DNA of 64,000 nucleotides from Eledone cirrhosa (taxonomy: Eukaryota), in the NCBI GenBank assembly GCA_964016885.1, contig OZ024757.1, forward strand, positions 13,454,001 to 13,518,000. The letters run 5' to 3'. Numbering within the stretch: position 1 is the first letter of the stretch; each line of letters opens with the position of its first letter. A program made the position numbers and the translations under genes. This document shows, one piece after another, positions 53,208 to 64,000 of this stretch. The notes below the pieces were generated by a model that did no database searches, was not told the origin of the DNA, and saw only the letters and a program-made list of their open reading frames with translations.

Positions 53208-55299
53208 AAAGATATCAGATAATGTCAACAAAATCGTAATGTACAACATCGAAAATATCTAAGCAGAATATGCATTATTAAAACATTTATGAGAAATCAA
53301 ATCGGAGTTCAATAAATTCAAGTTATGAAATTTTAATTACACCATGAAAATATTGAAGTTCAGACAATGATTGGCTTTACCTTCGAGTGACTTTTTTCAA
53401 GTTTCCCCGCAGTCGCCATTAACAGACAATACTAAGAAAAAAAACAAACAAAACACATACGCCGCAGTTAATGCAGTAAAAATATACAAAAATAAAACTT
53501 CTGAATAATACTCATTTCGTAAATTTATTTATTTTTCTTCCTTTTTTCATTGCAAACATATTTAAAGACTTGTTGAATAAAAAAGAAAGCCTTTCCCATT
53601 ATCAAAATATATTTCTGGTTAATCTCTCTCTCTCTGTAGTTTAAAAGTTATGGTATTCGGTTCATAATTGTGTTATCTTGAGCAAGACACTTCATTTCCC
53701 ATCGTTCAATCAAAGCTGGCATAAACGTGTAAGTAGCAGAGTCGGCCATTTATCACTGTTTCAAACTGAATCTCCCTGAGAACTACGGTAAGGGTAAACA
53801 TTTCTGTAGAATGCTTAAACACTTTCACGAACAGGCTGTTCTGTTGATCGAGTCAACTGGAACACTCACCGTCGTAACTGACGGAATACCATATATATAT
53901 TCAGGCAAAAGTGCAGAAATTTAAGTGAAGCCAATCGATTTAATTGATCCAATTATTTGACTGGTACTATGTTTTATCTGCTCCAAAAATAAAAATTGAA
54001 AATTAATCTCGCCAGGATTTACATCGAGAATACAAAGAGGTGAGGTTAGAAATAATAAATAGAAGTTTTAATACTTCATAGTTGAGATTGTAAGGTGGTG
54101 TCAGGAGTTCAATCTTTAGTAAGGAATATAGAGATGACTTTAATTATTTTAATAAACAAACATATACATAGTTCCATCTAGTTGATGTTACATGACATTA
54201 CTGTAAAGCACATCATTATAGGTTCAAATATTGTACACTTATATATAGTATTTATTTATATAGGGATCAGGTTTGACAAATAAGTACGTCGCACTAGGCT
54301 GGAATCGTTAACACACACACACACACACACAGGTATGACAGATTAGAGGTTGTCGAGCAGTATTGTCAACGGTGTTAATGTAGGTTCAAATCAACTCTAG
54401 GGCGGTGATAAACAAAATCCAGATTTACTTTACTAAAACCGCAGAGTGAGGAAAGACAAGGTCGACCCTTTCTAGTGGCAATAACACTGGGAGGAATGAA
54501 GCTCTGAGAATATTGAAGGGGACATCCTGGTTTGGTACGTATTCCCAGTTAACGCGGTATATAAATAGCAGTCTCTTGTGACTTAACACGTGATGTTCAC
54601 CGTTGCCGTGTAGTTACCGCTCCTGCTAAACACTCTGACAGCCTCCTACAACGTCGAAAGAAGATCGTGATGTTTCTCTCCTATCACATACACTTTTATA
54701 TCTATTAGAAAGAAGCGAAATGAAAATGTCAGTGTTTAAAAAGTCCCATCTATTTCATTAGAGCTAATGTTGTATTAACGTTTGGAAATGTTGTAGAAAC
54801 GTCAGAGTTTGTGACGGGATACGTCGAATGGAGGAAACAACAATACGAATCATTTGGAGACAAACTGATTTATTTCAGAAGAAGGACAATTAACATTTTC
54901 AACGGTATAATACAATATACTGAAAATCGAAATGAGAAATTTATTGATTTGGAAATATTACAGATACTTTACCATATTTTTCGGAATATAAATCTCACTT
55001 TATTTTAAAGAAAAACTGTTTTGAGGGAAGAGTTAATATGTAGCTATAATTGTGAGTGTCTGCTGAAAAGTTCATAGTCTGATCAAGATACTCATGGAAT
55101 GACCTCATGAGGTTTATAATACAACATAGACCCTGGAAAGAAACACGTAGTTATTAATATGAAGAGCTGCAATTAATGCTTGTAAGATTTCACAACCCTA
55201 GCATCACTCCTTCATAGGCTGACAAAGATACTCTCATGGAATGACCAAATGAGGTTTATAATTACCTTCACTATATAGAACGCAAGCAGTTTTTTATAT

Positions 55300-55690
55300 C
55301 GAATTATGGAGTTAAAATGTCTTTTATTCCCCTCCCCCAAGAATTGGGAATATATATATATACATTTAAATTTAATGGTGGTTAAGCGTATTAAAGAAAA
55401 CACAGCAGATAGATATACCTCCTTTGCCTAGCTAAATAAATGGTGCGATACCACTTCGAATATTGTTTGGTGGTTTGGTCACCCGACCTCCGAAATAACA
55501 GAGAATCTATTGAAGGAATCCAGAGAAACATGAAACACCAAAACTCTTAAGAAATCTTTGTTTCGAAAGATGTAAAACCTAGGAATTGCTATTCTTGGGG
55601 AGATAAAGCTAAGAAGTAGTATGGTAGAAATATATAAAATCTATGAATATGCCTACACTATTCTAGATAAAAGCAAAGTCTTGAAAATAT
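55300..55690 (+). mobile_element. Ancient CR1-like LINE RT C-terminal remnant (paralogues near 52430-52750 and 59370-59870)
   Basis: HFEYCLVVWSPDLRNNRESIEGIQR...MVEIYKI resembles the CR1 motif HLEYCVQFWSP...LERVQR...DLIEVYKI. Confidence 0.65.
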
Positions 55691-55695
55691 AAATC

Positions 55696-55833
55696 CAGGT
55701 AAAATTCCGTTATAACGAATACGATTATAACGAATTTTTTTTTTACAATCCCCGAGGTAATAACAAAGAAACACTCTATTTGTTTCGGTCGATCTCGTTA
55801 TTAGGAACTTTTCGTTATAACGGAATTTCACTG
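55696..55833. mobile_element. Tc1/mariner-pogo (Tigger-like) MITE
   Basis: Terminal inverted repeats CAGGTAAAATTCCGTTATAACGAA / TTCGTTATAACGGAATTTCACTG, followed by TA. Confidence 0.75.
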
Positions 55834-56322
55834 TATTAGTAGATTATTCCAATGTAGAAATAAAACCCTAAGAATTGCAAGTTCATTGGAGTTAAGTTAA
55901 ACGTTTGACATGATAGAAATATTTAAAATGATAAATGAACTTCGAAATACAGTTTTCCTGACGATGAAATATATTGTGTTTAAAAAGGAATACTCGAAAG
56001 ACATAATTAGTGAATGGAATACTTTGTCAAGTCGTTTAGTAAACAACAAAGGAAATACTTTTAAAGTTATAAATATAACTGATATAAGATGGATGGATAG
56101 TTTAGAATATAATGGATGTTGAGTCAAACCTAGAGGACTGCACTGTAGGGAATTTGAACCTGGGACGACACTTTCTTAATGTATATTTTGTTTATATTTT
56201 TCAGAGATATGTGTTCAGAGATACGACTGTATACAGTTTCGTTCGTTATTGTCTTTCGATGTGTGTTTCCATTTGTCTTTCCAATGCTAATACTATCTAT
56301 CGGTCGAAACTCCAGGTAGAAG

Positions 56323-56367
<45 letters not shown>

Positions 56368-59219
56368 CAAGAACGAATGGTTACTCCTTCACTACGTTTA
56401 TTGGTTGTGACGCCCGTTTCGCTATTGATCAATACAAGGTTCGATCTGTGTCGATCTAACCCGACTCTATAATCATTGGCTTGTAGATATATGTGTAAAT
56501 ATATATATATGTGTGTATGTATATATGAAATCGCCCGTGTTGGGAAACCTTGGGGTAAGCGAAATACAGAGGGTGTGGGGTTAGCTGTGTTTAAATAATT
56601 AACCCTTCCCCACTTCCACTTGTCTATGGACTGTATTGTAAATATCACATAACAACCTTAATACTTAATCATATGGACATGAAAATATAATTGTTAATAC
56701 AGTATTCTAGAATTAAAATATAGATCTAATTGGAAGAGGTGAATGTTATAACTTTTATAAGAAATAATTATCTAAAGACGAAAGAAAATTTCATCAACAA
56801 AATCGTAATGTACACCAACGAAAATATATGTCTACAGAATACAGATTAGTAAAATAAAGTTAGAAGCAAATAAATTAGAGGTCACTTAACTTTACATATT
56901 TTGTTTTATATCGTGAAAAATGTTGATCTTCAGATATTAAATTGGGGATGTGATTGTCTTTATGTGTTTGTTGGAAATCATTTTTTAATATTTGTCTTTC
57001 TTGAAATATTGTCTTTTTTTTAAAATTAATTTTAGATTATTCGTACCTCATCTCTGTGGTTCCTTATATGGAGTCTACCAGTGTTGTTTATTGGTTTTAT
57101 TTTAAAAGTGATCCATTGGAACATCAGAAATTAAAATGAAATGTTAGGTAAAAGACACACCTTATGTTTATCCCAGGTATTTAGATAGATGTCCGATGTG
57201 CACTGTCAACAAAATAATACAATAAGGAAATGCCATCATCCAGTAAAACTTGGTAACAATCCAGTCTCGTCGCGGTCAATATTTACAGTAAACAATGGTA
57301 AGAAAAAAACAAAAACATGAGAACTATTCCGCAGTTAATGAAGTGAATACACAAAGTAAAAATAATATTACTGAATAAAATTAATTTCTTAATTTCATTA
57401 AATTGTTTCTTTTCTCTCTTTTATAAAACATAATTTTCAATTAAAATTTGATGAATATAATATACATTTCAAATCTTACATGTATGTATATATAGAAATC
57501 ACGTTTAACAACTTAAGGGTACGACGTACTAAGCTGGAATGACGGAGTCGTTGTAGGTTCAAATCAAACCTAGAGCGATGAGAAATAAAGTCAAGATTTA
57601 CTTTATGAATTCTCTGACAAAGCCATGAGCGCCGCAACATCGAGTTTTCTTCCAAACAGAAAGTAGGTTTATAAATATTAATTTTCACTACGAATGCGTA
57701 GAAAGTCACTGTGGCCTAATGGTAGGTATTAAAGACGGTGGAGATCCTTGTCTAGGGTTCAATCTCTGTCAGGTTTAGTTTACCTCTTCTAAAATGAAAA
57801 AAAAATTAAAAAGTAGGTTTATAAATATTAATTTTCAAAACAATTTCGTAACCGTCTCGGTGGCCTAGTGGTAGTTGCTCGAGGTGGTGGATATTCGGGT
57901 CTGGGGTTCAATCTCAGTCAGAATCTTCCCTGGAACAGCTTTTTTTTTTTTTAATGAAAAATTTAAAAAAAATATTTGATTTACCAAGTGATTCCTGACT
58001 GAGATTGAACACCGGACTATCATCACAACTGTCTCAACACCTACCAATAGGCTACTGAGACTGCTACAAAAATACTATCAAAATTAATATTTATAAACCT
58101 ACTTTCTATTTAAAAGAAAAATTGATGTAGTGGCCTTCATGGCTTTCCCAATGATATTAACAATTCAAAATGGTTCACTTTCATTTTTATTCTTCACGAG
58201 CTTTCATAAAATATACCTTCATCTAGTTTATCATTTCTGTAGGGTTGATTTCATCCTACGACCTGATGATCTGCAGTGGCGTTCATAAATGGACATACCT
58301 GATTATCCTATATATATATGTGTGTGTGTGTGTGTTAGATTTGATCCTGCAATGTTGTGCTCAGCAATAATGGTTTTCAATTCTGTCTTCCCTCCATCCT
58401 TGGTGTGTATATAAATGTATATATGTGATTTCAACGTACAACGGCAATATATACATTATTTTTGTTTGAAAATAATTAGATAAAACTAATTCTACAACCC
58501 CTGATAAACATTGAAACCACGACTATAAAATATAACAACAAACACGACATAACAGCTTTGGTTAAATATAATTTAATTAAATTATTGCTAGAGATTGATC
58601 CCTAATATTTTATCTCACTCCTTAACCAGAGAGAAAAATGTCCTCGGACTCGGACAATATTGATAAGGTGAGAGTGTATCCATACTTGGCAAGTCTGTCC
58701 AGTTAACATGGTATATAAAAGGCAGTAAGGTGTGTGCTCAGTTGTCGAGTACTTGTCACTCCTACGAACAACACTGTCAGTTAACCTTCTAGAGCGACGG
58801 AAGAAGGTCGTTGTTTTTCCCTCCTACAGCATAACACATACATTTGTCATTGTTTGGATATGGGGTTTTTGGCTGTGGGTTTTTTCTCCTAACACATACA
58901 TTTGTCATTCTTTGGATATCAATATACAAGAGAAAGAAAAAATTGAGAGCTTCACTCTTTTAAAAGTAACATTTATTACATTAGTGCAAAATTTTGCATT
59001 AACGATAGTTTTTGACACTAAACATGAAACACTACGAACAATTTTGAGACAAGCTAATTACTATGAGAAGGACAAATCTTCAATGCCAAGATATTTCTAA
59101 AGAAAACTAAAATGAGAAATTGATTGAAATGGAATAATTATTGAGACACCTTATAATATTTTTCGGGAAATGTCTTACCTTATTTTGAAGATATGTTTCG
59201 GGAAAGAGTTAATAAGCAG

Positions 59220-59258
<39 letters not shown>

Positions 59259-60379
59259 CATAGCTTGTATATATACTTTAATTATTATATTCGTACAACG
59301 AAGTTATGAATAGGAAGCATGTTTTGGTATCGAATGTTGAGCAAATAACGAGCTTCTTATACCCTCACAGAAGAATTGTGAATATGTATGAATATGAATT
59401 GAAAGATGGCTAACCATGTAGAAGCAAAACAGCGAGACGGATAATAGAAATAATAAAACATTCTTTTTCCTAACTAAATGCTGAAAAATCTAAAACTCTA
59501 CATGAATATGTGATACCACTGAGAATATTGTTTTGGGCCATGGTCAACCGACATCCGAAAAAATGGTGAGGCTCTTGAAGCAACCCAGAGAAGAAGAAAA
59601 CAGAAAACAATATAATTATTTAAAGATCTATCTTGTGAAAGAAATGAGAAGCTTTTGTAAATTTAGAGGAGATAAATCTTAGGGGAGACAGGATAAAAAT
59701 ATGAAGACAATTTAAATATTAGTACACTATTCCATATAAATGCCAAGACTTGAAAATATCAACATTAGTTCACTATACCAGGGACAAACACTTAGAATTA
59801 CAACTTTGGAGGAGATTAATCAAACGAGTGACATGATAGAAATATTTAAAATAATGAAAGGATTTCAAAATACAGAATTGGGGAAGAAAATGAAAATTAA
59901 TATATATATAAACCTACTTTCTATTTTCGAAGCTTAATTGACGTGGTGGCGTTCATACCTTTCTCAGTCTTATTAATATCGCAAAAGTGTCGACATATCT
60001 TTTACTATTCTGTAGTTTTCAGAAAATATATGACTTTTATTATCTCTTTAGGTTTGATTTGATGTTACAACCACCTGATTTGCGGTGATGTCCTTCAATT
60101 GTCATACCTCAGTGTATAGATGGTGGCCTGGCTTGATGGTTTCTAAACAGATAGCTCTTTAAACTTGTGTTGTGTATGCAATAATCGTATCAGCAAATGA
60201 TGATGGGACCATGTTGAAGCACTCAACGTCCATGTGCATCCTTCCAAATTCGATATGGTAAGCTATGTTCTTTTTATCTTCGGCTTTTATTTATAAACGT
60301 TTATGTACGTACGTGTCTAGATAAGCGTACGCATGTATACCTGTTTAAGCTTGTGTGTATATAAGTATTTATAATAATG

Positions 60380-60560
60380 GTTTCTACGTTTGGCACAAGG
60401 CCAGCAATTATCCAGTGCATTACTGGTACTTTATTTTATCGACCCTGTAAGGATGAAAGGCAAAGTTAACCTCGGCGGGATTTGAACTCATAATGGCAAG
60501 GACCGTAACTCTATACGTCAAAGAATGGCGTCCGACCCTCTGCCAATCCACCGCCCTCCA
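60380..60560 (-). mobile_element. tRNA-derived SINE
   Basis: Family core plus GGGATTTGAACTC (B-box complement). Confidence 0.85.
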
Positions 60561-61515
60561 AACAACATTAGTATAAGTATTTATAATAATGTTGTCCTCC
60601 TCACTTTATTGTGACAACTACTATTAATAATTAAAACAATATTATTATTAATTCCACACGTCTCTTATCCTCAACACTTGCTATGGCTTTCCCTCTTACA
60701 TGTGAGATACACGGTTTGTTTACTAATCAATATTTAATGGAAGGTGTAGAGATGTGTGACGGGACATCTGGCGGAATCCTTAGTGGCGACATGAGAACTC
60801 CGTACACCTGTGCACCCGTATATATTTAAATATATGTGTGTTCATAAGCCCAAATGTCTATGATTATAAGGTAACCCTATGTGTGTTATGTCCATTTCCA
60901 CATGGCATCTTCGATGATGTCGCCGCCTGCTTTACGTAGCCTCTGAATTATGTAATATTTATTCAGAGAGGTTCTCCCGTCATATCGCAAATATTCCTTT
61001 CTGACTCACGGAATACTTGTCTAGCATTATCGAGTGAAAGATATAAAGGATATCTCTGATGTTTTTATGTATGTATGTAGGGACCTATAACTTGTGAGGG
61101 AGTTGTAGAGGTCCCGCATTGACATTCGGGGTGTTCGGGCCATTTTGTATAAGGTGACAGATCCGATCTCTACCCCAGATAGGTTATGTTTTCCAGAGAC
61201 GGATATAGAGTGAGAGAAAGGAATTAAGAAAGAGATATAGAAGAAGAATTGACCCCAGTACTACACTGGTACTTCGTTCTAACTACCTTGAATGGTTCAA
61301 TAGTGGAACAAAATCTTTGATGTACCTATATAAGTCATACCAGTTCTGTTTGTGTGTTTATGTACATATCTGTTTCCGTCAATATACGTAGGGTAGCAAA
61401 TTCGGTTTTCACACGAGCAAGCATGTGTCCTGATGGTTTGTCAATCGTTATTATGCTGGTATATGATGTGTGTTTTTAATGTATGAGTATTTGCATAGAA
61501 GTGTTTATGCATGTA

Positions 61516-61566
<51 letters not shown>

Positions 61567-62009
61567 TAAAGAGAAGATATGTATCATAAGAAAAGAGGAG
61601 AGACAAAAAAGTGTGATACAGTATACTAGACGCCAACAGCCGAAGCGAGGTGTGCTCAATGCTTAGAGCGTAAAGGGCCGTGACTCTATGCTGCAAAGCA
61701 TGGTGTCCGACTCTATACTGATACTGCCAATCTACTGCCCTTAAAATTGTATTATATTTCTCATAAAAAGAAATATAATAGAATATTTACAGAACGAAAG
61801 CACAAACAAATATAATATAATATAAAGGAAAGGGAAAGGAAAAAAAAAACAAAAAACACAGAAGCAGGTAGCACGCACAACGACAGTGTGTGTGTTATTT
61901 GTATATTTCCCCACTACTATAAACACACGTTGCTGTGTGTGTGTGTATATATATGTATATAAGGAAAAGTCAGGACCCCGACGGCTGAGCTCCAGCTTTT
62001 CGACAGCTA

Positions 62010-62830
62010 GATCCGAACTAATTTGTTTGCAACGTATTTTTTATATGAAATCGTATGTCGAAACAAATTATATTTGGGGAGGGTCATATTGTTATAATAT
62101 TGCCAGAAATATATAATAATACAGTTTGGGTTGGGTTGGTTTTCGCTTCCGTATATTCTACATCCCAACAGTTAATTTAGCTGGCAATCAATGTTTATCA
62201 TTGATTGACCAACTGTTTATATATATATATATATATAGTCTGAGTTCTTTCATGAGACACCTGTGACATCATCAGTGATATTATTGTTTCCTCCCGTTGT
62301 ATTGTAATATTTACTTATTCAATTGTTTATTTATTTGTCTCGGTTTGCGAATGTGTTTCTATGCGCGTTTTCTGTTTGGTATGTGTTCGTGTTTGTATTC
62401 TATCTTCGGTCATTAGTGTGTATTTGTATGGTTGTTGTTCCATTCGGGTTTTCTGTTCTACTTCGGTTTTCTTGGTTCTATTTCAGTTGCTTCCCTAATT
62501 TGGGTTTTCTTAAAGGGTTAAGGTTTACTGATCAGGGATTTTATAGTAGATCCTGGCTTTTCTACCACTTTAATCTTTCTTAGGGCCTTTGATTAGTTGT
62601 TGTACCATCATTACAACACAACAGGAAGAAACAATAGTATCACTGATGTCACAGGTGTATAACGAAAGAACTCTGGGGGACTATATATATATATATATAT
62701 ACAACTCTTGGTCAATCAATAAAACATTGATTGCTAGTTAAATTAACTATAGGGATAGATATAAAATATATGGAAGTGAAAAGTGAGTTTTATTATTTCT
62801 GGCAATATAATAATATCCCCCACCCCTATA
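62010..62830 (-). mobile_element. Diverged relative of the 29847 PLE with an inverted pLTR
   Basis: Minus strand gives QIREATEIEPRKPK*NRKPEWNNN. Arms at ~62070-62308 and ~62610-62830. CTGATGA-t-gtcacaggtgtctcat-GAAA lies on the minus strand near 62247-62275. Confidence 0.75.
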
Positions 62831-62878
62831 TATATATATATATATATATAATGTATATATATATATATATATATAATG

Positions 62879-62910
<32 letters not shown>

Positions 62911-63279
62911 ATGTATGTATATATATATATATATATAATGTATGTATATATATATAATGTATGTATATATATATATATATATAATGTATGTATATATATA
63001 TAATGTATGTATATATATATATATATATAATGTATGTATATATATATATATATATAATGTATGTATATATATATATATATATAATGTATATATATATATA
63101 TATATATAATGTATGTATATATATATATATATATATATATAATGTATGTATATGTATTCCCCATTTCTCTTTTTCTATTTATCATCTATTTATTTTTTAA
63201 ATAACTTTTTATAGTAATGTGCTAGAGTGGTTTGACGTACATCTGTAGTTAGACGACTTAGATTTTCCATGCATTATGG

Positions 63280-63495
63280 CGTGAAGCGACTGAGAGTACA
63301 AGACTCCACCCTGGACAGGGCGCCAGTCCATCGCAGGGTTAAACCTCCCATCTATTGCTGGTACTCATTTTCAGCTTAGTTTACTGGAGCAACGTGAAAT
63401 GAAGTGTTTTGCTCAAGAACACATGCAACCCAGGAATCGAACCCACGATGTTATGATTGTAAGTCCAACACCCTTACCACTAGGCCACGTGCCTC
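63280..63495 (-). mobile_element. tRNA-derived SINE
   Basis: Minus strand A-box TGGCCTAGTGG and B-box GGTTCGATTCC; homologous to the 13945 copy. Confidence 0.85.
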
Positions 63496-63496
63496 T

Positions 63497-63532
<36 letters not shown>

Positions 63533-63589
63533 GTTACCCTTCTACTTCTACAACTACACGCATACTGATATCCCCTCCTGTTCAAAAGC

Positions 63590-63790
63590 CCCCACACTCT
63601 CTCCATGTTATCCCCCACACTCTCGCCATGTTATCCCGCCTCCCCCACTCTCTCCATGCCCCCCCCCCCCCCCATACACACACACTCTCGCCATGTTTTC
63701 CCCCCACACTCTCACCATGTTTGACCCCCACCGCACTCTCGCCATGTTTACCCCCCCCCCCCACCACACTCTTCATGTTAGCCATATTAC
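63590..63790. repeat. ~22-bp C-rich minisatellite
   Basis: CCCCACACTCTCGCCATGTT repeated. Confidence 0.8.
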
Positions 63791-64000
63791 CTCCACATTG
63801 TTGATGTTAACCCTATATTCTCTAAATTAACCCCCACACAACAAATTACCCCCCTACACACACGCACACACACACACACACTGTTCATATAACAAATATT
63901 GTTTTAATTTTGTAGTGACCCAGACCCGTCCTGGCAACCTTACAGAAGGGGACGTCATTGTTCTAGCTGACCACACAAATACCCAGCCATTTGCCCTCTG

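Larger units (their letters stand above)
49530..60110. repeat. Three old, diverged tandem segmental copies (~3-4.4 kb units)
   Basis: Collinear anchors: TATATAAA blocks at ~51364/54557/58712, aattg(g/t)gaatat at ~52439/55342/59374, aacaaaatcgtaatgtaca at ~53228/56797. Confidence 0.8.

Noticed and set aside
60890-60955. Minus-strand IIQRLRKAGGDII resembling an amidase segment
   Set aside because: It lacks the following GKTN motif and credible splice sites.

Overview
AT-rich, repeat-saturated animal genomic DNA, most likely a mollusc such as an octopod cephalopod (inferred from the RTE LINE, tRNA-SINE and (TA)n content). The only recognisable host gene is QRSL1 (mitochondrial GatA). Two of its exons lie on the minus strand (14448-14565 and 11304-11509) with clean, phase-compatible splice sites. 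Positions 1-9.9 kb are a G-rich ~30-bp satellite organised as a ~3.3-3.5 kb higher-order repeat, apparently inside the last QRSL1 intron. From ~15 kb onward the window is a nest of insertions into (TA)n arrays: about 11 pieces of one RTE LINE family, a non-autonomous Helitron, SINEs, a near-full-length Naiad-type Penelope-like element (PLE), and many small PLE-derived fold-back or tandem elements. The most notable signal is about 14 hammerhead-ribozyme (HHR) motifs from several families. Some have a greatly enlarged, branched stem II, and one belongs to a ~420-bp non-coding, retrozyme-like unit. There is a 200-N gap at 41802-42001, and 49.5-60.1 kb holds three old tandem segmental copies. All calls come from reading the sequence by eye; no searches or folding programs were run.
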